A DNA stretch of 64,000 nt from Vampirovibrio sp. (GCA_024998755.1 JACEUU010000003.1:1417601-1481600); one strand, 5' to 3'. Shown: positions 1-10,695, numbered from the stretch's first letter. Notes: generated from the letters alone by a model not told the origin. Translations and numbers: made by a program.

Positions 1-135
1 CAACCGGGTGAATGGCGAGACGTTAAATTTGCCGAAATGAAAAGTCTGCTGAAAGCAAAACCCCAAAAATTAAAAGCTCCCCAGAAAGAATCTTCTGAAA
101 AAAACTTACCCAAAGCAGTGCCAGATAGAAGCTGA
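1..135 (+). CDS. 3' end of a truncated gene, probably an rRNA pseudouridine synthase (RsuA/RluB family)
   Basis: Frame 1 reads QPGEWRDVKFAEMKSLLK...RS*. The PGEWR motif resembles the C-terminal end of RsuA-family catalytic domains. Confidence 0.45.
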   Translation, partial: QPGEWRDVKFAEMKSLLKAKPQKLKAPQKESSEKNLPKAVPDRS

Positions 136-263
136 CTTCATAGTTGTCAAGGAAGTGCAATTTCTAGGAATGAGGAACGGACTGACGGGCGGTGTAGCCT
201 AACTACATAACCGAAGGAGTACCGCAAATGACAACCAAAGTGCCTTGATTGGCGACTATGAAG
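136..263. repeat. Palindromic intergenic element (~128 bp)
   Basis: CTTCATAGTTGTCAA (136-150) pairs with TTGGCGACTATGAAG (249-263), with two G.U wobbles. Internal hairpin TGTAG-CCTAA-CTACA. Confidence 0.6.
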
Positions 264-300
264 ACAGCTTCTTAAAATACGTTAAAGGTTATTTTTACTG

Positions 301-861
301 TTGACTAACATCATTCAGACTGTTTACAGCCAGACTCAACCTACTACTGAAAGTGGGACTGATGTGTTGTTGAAACTGCTATTAAAAGCAGTGGGGCTAA
401 AGGTAACGGCTTCTAGGTTGGCGGTTTTGGCGTATTTTTATCAACAGTTTACCATCGGTAATTCAAAGCCAATTTCCCATTCAGAATTGGTAGACCGTTT
501 ACCTGCATTAGGGTTTGATAAGGTTACAATTTACAGAAATTTGAATGATTTAGCCCAAGCGAATTTGCTGCTAAAACATAGTTTGGGCGATACGCTTTGG
601 CGATATTCTTATCATCCTGTTTTTTGCGATAGCTTATTACAACTACCGCACAAAAACCAGCATCAATCTAGCACAATACACCATTTACACGCTCATCCGC
701 ATTTTGTTTGCACACAGTGTAACCAATTAGCCTGCTTATCGCTTCAAAATCAAGAAATACCCGCCGCTTGGGCGTTACAAATTGGTAAAATTGAAGAAAT
801 AACGGTTCGGGGTATCTGCCAGCGTTGTTATCAATCAACAGAAGAGGACTCTTTTGCCTAA
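301..861 (+). CDS. Fur-family metal-dependent transcriptional regulator
   Basis: T.SRLAVL and .TIYRNL winged-helix motifs, HPHFVCTQC and RGICQRC Zn-binding motifs, His-rich linker. Confidence 0.85.
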   Translation: MTNIIQTVYSQTQPTTESGTDVLLKLLLKAVGLKVTASRLAVLAYFYQQFTIGNSKPISHSELVDRLPALGFDKVTIYRNLNDLAQANLLLKHSLGDTLWRYSYHPVFCDSLLQLPHKNQHQSSTIHHLHAHPHFVCTQCNQLACLSLQNQEIPAAWALQIGKIEEITVRGICQRCYQSTEEDSFA

Positions 862-1595
862 TGAATAGCCATTTAACCCCCCGTGTATTAGTTGTTGATG
901 ATGAAAAAGATTTGGTTCGGTTGGTGAAATACAACCTTGAACAAGAAGGCTATGCCGTTTTTTGTGCCTTTAACGGGGCTGAAGCCCTTGATTTGGCTTG
1001 GACAAAACAACCCGATGTGATTGTGTTAGATTTAATGTTGCCAGATGCTTCGGGATTTCGGTTGTGCCAAGAAATTAAGGCGATTCTTAACCCAGATAGA
1101 CCGAACAATCCGGTTCGTATCCTCATGTTAACCGCCCGTTCGGCTGAAGCAGACCGTATTGAAGGGTTTGAATCAGGTACGGATGATTATGTGGTGAAAC
1201 CGTTTTCCCCTCGGGAATTGGTGCTTCGGGTTAAAGCGTTGTTAGATAGAAATAAACTGGAAACCGCCCCCGCACAAAATAGTAGCAGTGCGTTGGAAAT
1301 TGGGGCTATACGGGTCGATGCAAAAGCCCATCGGGCTTGGGTGGCAGATGAAGAATTAAAATTAACTCCCATTGAATTTAAAATTTTATGGGTACTTGCC
1401 CAGCACCTCAATGCTGTTAGAACACGGGAACAATTGTTGAAACAGGTGTGGGAAAACGGGGGCGATGAAATTTTAGACCGCACGGTAGATGCCCATGTGA
1501 AACGGTTGCGTTCCAAACTGGGTATTGCCAGAGACCAGTTAGAAACCGTTCGGGGCATTGGATACAGGCTTTACAGTGGCGGAGGTATTCAGTAA
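861..1595 (+). CDS. OmpR/PhoB-family response regulator (PhoB/SphR-like)
   Basis: Receiver domain (VVDDE, LDLMLP, KPFS) and winged helix (RTVDAHVKRLRSKL, ETVRGIGY). ATG at 861 overlaps the upstream TAA. Confidence 0.9.
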   Translation: MNSHLTPRVLVVDDEKDLVRLVKYNLEQEGYAVFCAFNGAEALDLAWTKQPDVIVLDLMLPDASGFRLCQEIKAILNPDRPNNPVRILMLTARSAEADRIEGFESGTDDYVVKPFSPRELVLRVKALLDRNKLETAPAQNSSSALEIGAIRVDAKAHRAWVADEELKLTPIEFKILWVLAQHLNAVRTREQLLKQVWENGGDEILDRTVDAHVKRLRSKLGIARDQLETVRGIGYRLYSGGGIQ

Positions 1596-2702
1596 ATGAC
1601 TATTATTGCTGCCGACGCATTCTTACTACCTTCCATAGATAGCCCGTGGTTACAGGCCATTGAAGCCTTAGGGCACGGTATTCTTATTGCAGATGCCCAC
1701 TTACAGGTGCGGTGGGTCAATACCAAATTGGCGGAACAATTAAGCATTAGTAAAGCAGAAGTAGAAAAAAAACTGCCTCTTTCAGCCTTGTTTAATGATA
1801 TTGAAGTAAAAGATCTTTCTGCAGACTTGACGACATCAGCTAATAGTTGTTTAGCCACTAAAACGACGCAACGGTTAATTGTCAATTTAGCCCCTGCGGA
1901 TAAGCCACGCAGTTATTTTGATGTGCTTTTGCTTTGTTTTCAACCCTCAGAAGATATCGCTCCTGTTTTGTTGATGGTACTTGAAGACCGCACCAAAATT
2001 ATCTTAACGGAAAAAATGCGACGGGATTTTGTTGCGAATGTAAGCCATGAATTACGCACCCCGCTTTCGGTGCTGAAGGGCTACACGGAAACGTTGCTTT
2101 CAGGGGCGTTGAAGGATTATGACTTAGCCGTTGATTTTATTACCACCATTGAACAACACGCCAATAGGCTAACCCGTTTAGTAGAAGATTTGTTGGATTT
2201 ATCCAAATTTGAAGCGGATAATTTTATTTTACCGCTAGAAGTTATTTCTTTAGAACCTTTATTGTTACGGGTTCAGGGGTTGGCTCAGGCGAAGGCTAGC
2301 TTAAAAAACATTACCGTTGTTACGCAACCTTTACCCAAAAAGTTGCCTAAAATAATGGGACACGTTTCATCTTTGGAACAGGTGTTTTTGAACTTGGTGG
2401 ATAACGCCATTAAATATTCCCCTGCAGATACAACTATTTCGATTTCTTTTCAGCCCTCTGATGCCCATGTGGTTGTGGCGATTGCGGATGAAGGCATTGG
2501 GATTGAGGCGAAATTTGTGCCTCGGTTGTTTGAGCGGTTTTTTAGGGTAGATAAAACACGCTCAAAACATTTAGGGGGTACGGGGCTTGGGCTTTCTATT
2601 GTAAAGCATACGGTACAGGCTCATCATGGGGATATTTGGGTGGAATCTACCCCCGGTGTGGGTAGTACGTTTATGGTAAAGCTCCATAGAGTGTTGGCAT
2701 AA
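1596..2702 (+). CDS. Sensor histidine kinase, PhoR/SphS-like (PAS + HisKA + HATPase)
   Basis: DFVANVSHELRTPL H-box, NLVDNAIKY N-box, DEGIGI, FERFFRVDKTRS, GGTGLGLSIVKH. Confidence 0.92.
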   Translation: MTIIAADAFLLPSIDSPWLQAIEALGHGILIADAHLQVRWVNTKLAEQLSISKAEVEKKLPLSALFNDIEVKDLSADLTTSANSCLATKTTQRLIVNLAPADKPRSYFDVLLLCFQPSEDIAPVLLMVLEDRTKIILTEKMRRDFVANVSHELRTPLSVLKGYTETLLSGALKDYDLAVDFITTIEQHANRLTRLVEDLLDLSKFEADNFILPLEVISLEPLLLRVQGLAQAKASLKNITVVTQPLPKKLPKIMGHVSSLEQVFLNLVDNAIKYSPADTTISISFQPSDAHVVVAIADEGIGIEAKFVPRLFERFFRVDKTRSKHLGGTGLGLSIVKHTVQAHHGDIWVESTPGVGSTFMVKLHRVLA

Positions 2703-2828
2703 TCTATCGCAAAACGCCAAAAAAGAGAACCCCAAAACTTGATTGCCAACCTAAAATTCAAGTGCCACTTGAAAAAAAGACACAAAATCAAGTTAACCCA
2801 TTTTCTTAAAACAAAAAAAACCCTGTAA

Positions 2829-3113
2829 TACCGATTAAACGATTAAATAGCGTGTGCTAAAATCGATTGTCGTTTACGTCTTTAGCTGGTGGGTGTTAAG
2901 GGGGTTCTTGTTCGAGAACCCCCTTAACAATCCCCCACGAATTCAGGGGCAAGCCGCTAAAGACCCCCAAAAGACACCCCCCTATACCACTACGGGTATT
3001 GACGGGGGGATGCTCTTTTTGCCCCTACGGTGGACGGAACGCATCGGCGACTGCAGAGCAAACGCGATGGTCGTTCCTACTGGTTGGTACGCTATTTAAT
3101 CGTTTAGTAGGTA
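2829..3113 (+). mobile_element. MITE-like structured repeat, family 1 (copy A)
   Basis: TIRs TACCGATTAAACGATTAAATAGCGT / ACGCTATTTAATCGTTTAGTAGGTA. The interior (CGATTGTCGTT...GGACGGAACGCATCG...CGATGGTCGTTCCTACTGG) recurs throughout the window. Confidence 0.9.
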
Positions 3114-3169
3114 TAAAGCCTTTATTTAAAGGAATCTACAAGGTTTTTTTGTGTTTTTTACAAGGTAAA

Positions 3170-3257
3170 ATCTTGATTTATAACCCAAAATTCAAGATGA
3201 CTTGATTTTAAGGAATTCTTTCAAGAAGCACTTGAATTTTGGGTTATAAATCAAGAT
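3170..3257. repeat. 88-bp palindrome with perfect 27-bp arms
   Basis: ATCTTGATTTATAACCCAAAATTCAAG (3170-3196) is the exact reverse complement of 3231-3257. Confidence 0.9.
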
Positions 3258-3486
3258 GCAACGATTTTGTTACAATTAATTGTTTCAAATTAGGTGATTT
3301 TATTACCTAACACCCCCATCGAAAAAAATCCATACTGCCTTACATACCCCCATTTCCCACTAGAAGAGAAAACAGCCATCATTCAAGTTGCAAAAAAATC
3401 TTCAAACAAACAGCCATAAGCTTCCCTCAACGCTCTTCTTTTTCTATTCGCCCAACCACCCTATCTAATGAAAGGTGCATACCCCC

Positions 3487-5283
3487 ATGAATGCCATCAT
3501 CCCAGATGAAACCCACAAACAAAAACCCGACGCCAATACCCTACAACTACACAACCTAACCCTAGAAGACCAAACCAGCTTCGCACAAAGCATTGAAACC
3601 CTATTTAATAGCTGGAAACAACAACGCCAAGCCCAAGAATTATTATGGAAACGCTGCTGGAATGCCTACTTAGCTAACACCGCCCAAGAAGAAGCCGGTA
3701 CACTAACCCAAAAAAGCTACTACAATCCCACCGAAGACAACCAAACCGCCGGCATGAACCGCCCGTTGATTTATCAATCCATCGAAGCATTACACGCCAA
3801 CCTCATGAGCAACCTATTCCCACCCAGCGGGAATTTTTTCAATGTGATTGGCGAAACGGAGGCGGACCATCAACAAGCCAAACCCCTTGAAGATATTATG
3901 AAAACCAAGCTTGAAACCGCCCGCTTCCAAGAAGCCTTTAGCTTGTATTTAAAGCAAATGCTCGTATGCGGTACCAGCATACTTTCAGTGCCATGGAAAA
4001 AAGAAACCCAACTACAAGAAACATGGCAACCCATCAAAAACTTTGGTATGACCATTGGCTACGAACCCACAATGACCGAAGAAATTACCTACGACGCACC
4101 AGAATTCCAAGTGCTAGACCTGTTTAACACCTACCTAGACCCCCAAGCCAAAAACCCGCAACAAGCCACGCTGATTCATCAACTTGAAAAAACACTAGAA
4201 GAACTAGAAGGCCAAGGCTGGTATAGCAACCTAGAAACCGTCGCCGAACAATTGCAACAACAACATCAAGCCCAAAACAAAGGAATGAACAAAGGCAATA
4301 AACAAGCCCCAACCGTTTCTCTACAAGCCGAAAAACTAACCCTACTAGAATGTTGGGGAGATTTCCAATTCAACGGCAAAACCTACCACAACCATGTAGC
4401 CACACTAATAAAAGAAACCAGCACCCTCATACGGTTAGAACCCATTGGATACAGAAACGGGCAAAAACCATTCGCTATTGGTATTCTAACCCCCATTCCC
4501 CACCAACTATACGGGCTAGGTGCTGTAGAAAAAAGCCTTGGGCTACAAAATGCCGTAAACTTGCTAACCAACCAAAAGCTAGATGCCCTCAATCTAACCA
4601 TCCATCCGCCATTTACCTACCTTATTCAAGACGATATTTTCGACCTCACACACCTTTCCACCAAGCCTGGGGCATTAATACCCGTCAAAGACCACAACAC
4701 CATACGCCCCCTACCCATGCCCACAGGAAATTTAGCCCTTGCTTACGAAGAAATCCAAGACCTCAAGCAAGAAATTTTGGAAACAACAGGCTCACTTAGG
4801 CTAATGACCAACACCAACCAAGCCAGTACAGGAGGCAACCAAACCGCCACAGAAATTAATGCTTACCTACAAAGCGGTGAACGAAAGTACAACCAAGTAC
4901 TAAGCCACCTTGAACAAACTTCAGTTGAACCCTTACTCAACAAGGTGTTCAGCCACCTGCAACAATTCTGGAACACCCCCGAAACACTTCGGCTACTACA
5001 ACCCGATGGGTCGGTAATATTCAAGCCCGTTCAGCCCAAAAACCTAAAACGGCTAAAAGTATCGTTCAAAGTAAGCGGTAGTAGAGGGATGCTACAAAAC
5101 AAAGAGGAGCTAAACCACATGCTATTCTTCATTAAAGTGCTACAAAGCCTACCAGAAATCAGAGATAGTATCAATTTTATGGAGTTAGCCAAAGGCATTT
5201 ACGACAAAATTGGGCTAACCAATATTAAAAACGTGTTTACTAACCCGTTTAAGCAACCGCCTACAACGCCGCCTATGGGATAG
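3487..5283 (+). CDS. Phage portal (head-tail connector) protein, P22/podovirus-like
   Basis: About 600 aa with W...W..Y near the N-terminus, P..PHQLYGLG, N..TNQKLDAL, PGALIP and TATEI motifs typical of P22-like portals. GAAAGG RBS before ATG 3487. Confidence 0.75.
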   Translation: MNAIIPDETHKQKPDANTLQLHNLTLEDQTSFAQSIETLFNSWKQQRQAQELLWKRCWNAYLANTAQEEAGTLTQKSYYNPTEDNQTAGMNRPLIYQSIEALHANLMSNLFPPSGNFFNVIGETEADHQQAKPLEDIMKTKLETARFQEAFSLYLKQMLVCGTSILSVPWKKETQLQETWQPIKNFGMTIGYEPTMTEEITYDAPEFQVLDLFNTYLDPQAKNPQQATLIHQLEKTLEELEGQGWYSNLETVAEQLQQQHQAQNKGMNKGNKQAPTVSLQAEKLTLLECWGDFQFNGKTYHNHVATLIKETSTLIRLEPIGYRNGQKPFAIGILTPIPHQLYGLGAVEKSLGLQNAVNLLTNQKLDALNLTIHPPFTYLIQDDIFDLTHLSTKPGALIPVKDHNTIRPLPMPTGNLALAYEEIQDLKQEILETTGSLRLMTNTNQASTGGNQTATEINAYLQSGERKYNQVLSHLEQTSVEPLLNKVFSHLQQFWNTPETLRLLQPDGSVIFKPVQPKNLKRLKVSFKVSGSRGMLQNKEELNHMLFFIKVLQSLPEIRDSINFMELAKGIYDKIGLTNIKNVFTNPFKQPPTTPPMG

Positions 5284-5375
5284 GGGAAGAACTGCGGTCG
5301 ATTGTCGTTACTATCTTTAGCTGGTTGGTTTTGTCGGGGGGGCTGCCAAACAGCAGTCCCCTTATGTGTTGGTAG

Positions 5376-6473
<1,098 letters not shown>

Positions 6474-6621
6474 CACAGATGCTGACAAACCAGCCAACGA
6501 AAATTAGGAACGACAATCGATGAGAGAATACGTTTTTTAATCGTTTAATTGGTATAAAGCCATTAATATTTCTAGGGGACAAGATTTATCCCGCCCGCCC
6601 CTCAATCCCGAATGTGCATAG

Positions 6622-6660
6622 CAAAAGGGTCAATTCTTTCATTTAGAATTGACCCTTTTG
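6622..6660. terminator. Bidirectional intrinsic terminator-like hairpin
   Basis: CAAAAGGGTCAATTCT-TTCATTT-AGAATTGACCCTTTTG, between convergent units. Confidence 0.7.
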
Positions 6661-6682
6661 TAATTTGAATCTATAGCTACAA

Positions 6683-7159
6683 CTAGCTGTTACCAACTAA
6701 GGCAGATGTCTCATTGAACATCATCGCAGCTTCAACGGCGGGCGATTGAAACACCCGTTCCAACTGTTCGCGGCTGGCAACGCTAGCTTGCTTCATACCG
6801 AAGCCTTCTTTACGCAGTTTAGCGGTGGCTACAGCCAATCCGTCTAAATCGCCTTTAAAATATTGTTGTACCAATTTTTTAAGGGCGGTATAGCTGGCGT
6901 TATCTCTGGAAGTTAACGAAGCGTAAAAGTACTTCTTACCTTCTTTAGACCGAGAGGCTAGGGTTTTATCAACCAATCTATCCATGACGGTTTTAACGGT
7001 GGTATAGGCCCACATCCGTTTTTCGGTTTTAATCCGGTCTTGAACATCGCCAACAAACACTTTGGTATTGCCTTCTTGTTCTAAATCCCATAGGGCGTTT
7101 AGAATGAGGTTTTCTAAGTCGCCTTGTTTTAGATCCATTGATCGCATTGCCATCATCAT
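6683..7159 (-). CDS. BlaI/MecI/CopY-family transcriptional repressor
   Basis: GDLE..IL..LW, AYTTVKTVMDRL.DK and KKYFY motifs. AGGAG RBS precedes ATGATGATG at 7159. Confidence 0.85.
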   Translation of the reverse strand: MMMAMRSMDLKQGDLENLILNALWDLEQEGNTKVFVGDVQDRIKTEKRMWAYTTVKTVMDRLVDKTLASRSKEGKKYFYASLTSRDNASYTALKKLVQQYFKGDLDGLAVATAKLRKEGFGMKQASVASREQLERVFQSPAVEAAMMFNETSALVGNS

Positions 7160-7440
7160 AAAAAAGTTTCTCCTAAAAGAATCAGCACATTGGTTTATTT
7201 GAAACAGCGTAAAAAGTATAAAATAAGCAATTACTAATAGTAAAGTATTTTGTTGAAAAACTAGAAAATCAATAACATACGAAGAGATTATTTCTACTAC
7301 TAGGTTTGTAAATGTTAGTATAAGAAAAAGCTTTTTAAAAGGCAAGTAGTATTTTTGCAAAACCGCTATTACGTCAATAAATCAGTTAAATGGTGTATTT
7401 ATTCTCATTAAACCATTAACTATCGTGTTGTATGGGGGCA

Positions 7441-7725
7441 TACCCATTAAACGATTAAATAGCGTAAAAAAATTGACCTACCAGTAGGAACAACCATCGC
7501 GTTTTCCCTGCAGTCGCCGATGCGTTCCGTCCTTTCGAAGGGGCAAAAAGAACATCCCCCCGTCATATGCCCGTAGTGGCATAGGGGGTGGCTTTTTGGG
7601 TGTTGGGTAGGGGTTTACCCCTCAGTTTGTGGGGGGGTTCGTGGTGGGGCAACCCAACCGCAGTCCCCCCACAAACCAACCAGCTAAAGCAAAAAACGAC
7701 AATCTATGAGAGAATACGAAATCTA
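7441..7725 (-). mobile_element. Family-1 repeat (copy C)
   Basis: TACCCATTAAACGATTAAATAGCGT TIR followed by the reverse complement of the family-1 interior. Confidence 0.88.
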
Positions 7726-9336
7726 ATAAACGCCTTGGAACTTCTTACTACTAAAGCGTTGCGTTACAGACCGGAAATCCCCTTTCGTGCTAGGCGAAGC
7801 TATCAAGGTAGGTGCTGGTCGGCGTTGGGTTAAAGCGGGCTCGTTTTTTTGCTCACTCTGTTTAATAGCTTGTACTAATGTAGCTTGCAAAGCAGACCCT
7901 GAACGAACGGTTCCCGTACTAATAGCACTACCCCTAAATGGCGACTGCACAACGGGTGAAACCGTCATCGCTTCTTGAATTTTCGGTTTGTTAACGAGCA
8001 CTTCTGCTGTGGGCACAAGGTCTCCGTAAACAACCGTTGGCTGGGCTTTCATAGGTTTTTCTGCGGGCGAAAACTGAGCGATTGCTTCCTGCAAACTGGG
8101 TTTATTAACCTTAGGTGGGGTGGCAACTAATTGTTCTTTCAACGAAGCCGTAAATAATGAATGAACGACCTTATCAGTTGCAGAAGTTACGGCTTTGTTA
8201 GTAGGCATTATGTCTTGGTGGGTTTGTGGTGCTACGCCTAAGGGAATTTCCTTTGTTCTAACAGATAACCAGCTTAATAGATTATTAGCATAGCCTTTTT
8301 GTTTTGCCCACAGCCCTAAGCCTACCGCTAAAGCTGAACCCACTGCCACGCTAGCCAAAGGAAATAAAGGAAAAGGGTCGTTTTCCAGTGGCATATCGGG
8401 GGTGTTTTCAGGTAAAAATCGCTGAGCCAACCACTCGCCATCAAACACGGGCACTTTAGGTAGTTGCTCGGTTTCTGGTTCAGTAGGCGTAATATCCGCT
8501 AGCATAATACTTCTAACTGGCCCAGTTAAATTTACTATGTTTGTTGCAGTTTCGCCACCATTAAGCCAAGCTGGTTCGTTGGTGGCTATTTCGGTGGCTG
8601 GCAAGGCAACTGCTTCGCCTTTCACAGCGTTTTCAGTAGCAGTATTAGCGGTTGATGTATTGCTGGTTACGGTACTAGCTATAGCTACAGGCATCACAAT
8701 ATCTGGCTTACTAGCTGATTTCTCATGATTATTAGCCAAAAACATTGACTTATTTGCCGTTAGTAGCGTTGTTTTTTTAACTGCTTTCAATGGGTAATAA
8801 TGAGGTCTCTTGGCGATTGATGCCTTTTTCGAAAAGCTGGGTTTCTTCGTGGTCGGTTTTGTGGCTGCTTCTGCGTAAAACGAGGTATCTTCATTGCTGG
8901 CATTTTCGGCGACTGGTTCAGAGATGAATGGACTAGATGCACCGCCAATAACTTGTACTTTCTGGTTAAGTTCAACGCCGTTGGGTATGGTAATACTTAC
9001 TTGGTTATTGCTTAGTTGGGTGGCTCTGCCAATGTATTTACCTTGGGCATCCATTACCACGGGTAGCCCTTCTTGCTTCATTTTATTTGAGATGGTGGTG
9101 TTTTTAAGAATCAACTTGTAGATGCCTTGTTGGCGTTGTTCTTCCACTTGAATGGGTTGTTGGGTGTTTAGCCTAATGCGAACAGACCCTTGTTCGTCGT
9201 TTTCTAACTGAAAACCGTTTAGCTGGGCTACGGCTTCCACTTTAGGCATCCATACCAGCGAAGTTGCTAATAATAATAGGGCAAAACACCAGATGGATGT
9301 GGTAGATTTACGAAGCAGGAAGGGTGAAATAAGCAT
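7723..9336 (-). CDS. Secreted or membrane-anchored protein with an N-terminal AMIN-like domain
   Basis: Signal peptide, a beta-rich LNGFQLE..VRIRLNT..YKLILKNT segment, a low-complexity stalk and an internal TM helix (VAVGSALAVGLGLW). Confidence 0.6.
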   Translation of the reverse strand: MLISPFLLRKSTTSIWCFALLLLATSLVWMPKVEAVAQLNGFQLENDEQGSVRIRLNTQQPIQVEEQRQQGIYKLILKNTTISNKMKQEGLPVVMDAQGKYIGRATQLSNNQVSITIPNGVELNQKVQVIGGASSPFISEPVAENASNEDTSFYAEAATKPTTKKPSFSKKASIAKRPHYYPLKAVKKTTLLTANKSMFLANNHEKSASKPDIVMPVAIASTVTSNTSTANTATENAVKGEAVALPATEIATNEPAWLNGGETATNIVNLTGPVRSIMLADITPTEPETEQLPKVPVFDGEWLAQRFLPENTPDMPLENDPFPLFPLASVAVGSALAVGLGLWAKQKGYANNLLSWLSVRTKEIPLGVAPQTHQDIMPTNKAVTSATDKVVHSLFTASLKEQLVATPPKVNKPSLQEAIAQFSPAEKPMKAQPTVVYGDLVPTAEVLVNKPKIQEAMTVSPVVQSPFRGSAISTGTVRSGSALQATLVQAIKQSEQKNEPALTQRRPAPTLIASPSTKGDFRSVTQRFSSKKFQGVY

Positions 9337-9451
9337 GGTGTCTCAAACCTTTCGGTGGGTATGCACAATAGTGGAATAGGCTTATTGTCTCATTGCAACC
9401 CCGCACTTGCCCATCCTACCAACAGAGGAAATCTGCTTATCCTTCATTCCA

Positions 9452-9690
9452 CAAATAAATAGCGTATCAACCAACCAGTAGGAACGACCATCGCGTTTGC
9501 TCTGCAGTCGCCGATGCGTTCCGTCCACCGGAGGGGCAAAAAGAGCATCCCCCCGTCAATACCCGTAGTGGTATAGGGGGGTGTCTTTTGGGGCTTGCCC
9601 CTGAATTCGTGGGGGATTGTTAAGGGGGTTCTGCTAAAGACGGAAACGACAATCGATGAGAGAATACGCTATTTAATCTACAAACGGGTC
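9452..9690 (-). mobile_element. Family-1 repeat (copy D), partial TIRs
   Basis: TAAATAGCGT...AGTAGGAACGACCATCGCG...AACGACAATCGATGAGAGAATACGCTATTTAATC. Confidence 0.85.
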
Positions 9691-9870
9691 TAACGCTAAA
9701 CCATCGATTGTTTTTTTCAATAAGTAACTAGGCAATTACTTTTCTTTATGCGATAGTAAGCTTAAAGTTTATTTTGTTGTTACTGTTTTATTAATGATTG
9801 TTCGTTGTCAGGGCTACCTATCCTGTTTAACAAGCTGCTCATTAAGGTTTTAAAAAAAGGTTTGATTGAA

Positions 9871-10662
9871 ATGATGATGATGACTACTACGCAGCCAGAA
9901 AACCAGACTCCACCAGCTCTCTTGCTTGAAGGCAAACGGGTCGTTATTACCGGTGGTTCTCGTGGTATTGGCAAAGCTTTGTGTGAAGTTTTTGCTAGAG
10001 AAGGGGCGGATGTTGCATTTAATTACAATAGTAATGATGTAGAAGCTCAAGACACGGTTAAACGCATAGAAGCTTATGGCAGAAAAGCGAAAGCCTTTAA
10101 AATTTCTGTGGTGGATAGAGACGGCTTGAAGGAAATGACCAAAACCTTGGTGGCTGAATGGGGCGGTATTGATATTTTAGTTAACAATGCGGCTATTAAC
10201 AAGGGTGATAATTTTGTAACGACGACTGAAAAATCTTGGTTGGATGTGATTAACACCAACGTAAATGGCTTATATTATGTTAGCAAACCGATTACGAAGG
10301 TTATGATGAAGCAACGCTCGGGTAGTATTTTGAATATTACGTCTATTGCGGCTATTCGTACGATGCCTACGTCGGTTCATTATGCTACATCTAAGGCAGC
10401 GGTTATTGGGTTTACGAAGTGTTTATCTCGGGAATTAGCGAGTTTTGGCATTACGGTAAATGGTATTGCTGCGGGTATTTATAATACAGAGTTAGGTCAT
10501 TCGTTGCCAGATGCGATGATTGAAGTTTACAAAAACTGGGTAGCCAAGGGGCGTATGGGCGACCCGAAAGATTTGGCTGAAGTAGCTGCCTTCCTTTGTT
10601 CTGATCGTAATGCTTATATGCAGGGTGAAATTATTACGGTTGATGGTGGTTGTGTAACCTAG
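9871..10662 (+). CDS. SDR-family oxidoreductase (FabG-like 3-oxoacyl-ACP reductase)
   Basis: TGGSRGIG, DILVNNAA, Y..SK catalytic motif, G..ITVDGG. Starts with four ATG codons. Confidence 0.9.
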   Translation: MMMMTTTQPENQTPPALLLEGKRVVITGGSRGIGKALCEVFAREGADVAFNYNSNDVEAQDTVKRIEAYGRKAKAFKISVVDRDGLKEMTKTLVAEWGGIDILVNNAAINKGDNFVTTTEKSWLDVINTNVNGLYYVSKPITKVMMKQRSGSILNITSIAAIRTMPTSVHYATSKAAVIGFTKCLSRELASFGITVNGIAAGIYNTELGHSLPDAMIEVYKNWVAKGRMGDPKDLAEVAAFLCSDRNAYMQGEIITVDGGCVT

Positions 10663-10695
10663 CTTATTACCATCACTATTCATTCATTTTTCTTT

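Noticed and set aside
2854-3205. Recurrent short ORFs (e.g. ...GRNASTTAEQTRWSFL..., MDGTHRRLQSK...) at 2854, 2999, 7588, 11052, 13031, 13080, 19529, 19570, 27766, 27857, 31784, 43765, 43863, 43933
   Set aside because: They are translations of the family-1 repeat in varying frames, with inconsistent starts and stops and no RBS. They are not treated as genes.
3487-5283. Intact prophage
   Set aside because: No terminase, capsid, tail, integrase or att-like repeats were found near the portal gene.
7160-7360. N-terminal extension of the BlaI-like ORF
   Set aside because: It is AT-rich upstream sequence. An AGGAG RBS precedes ATG 7159, where the domain begins.
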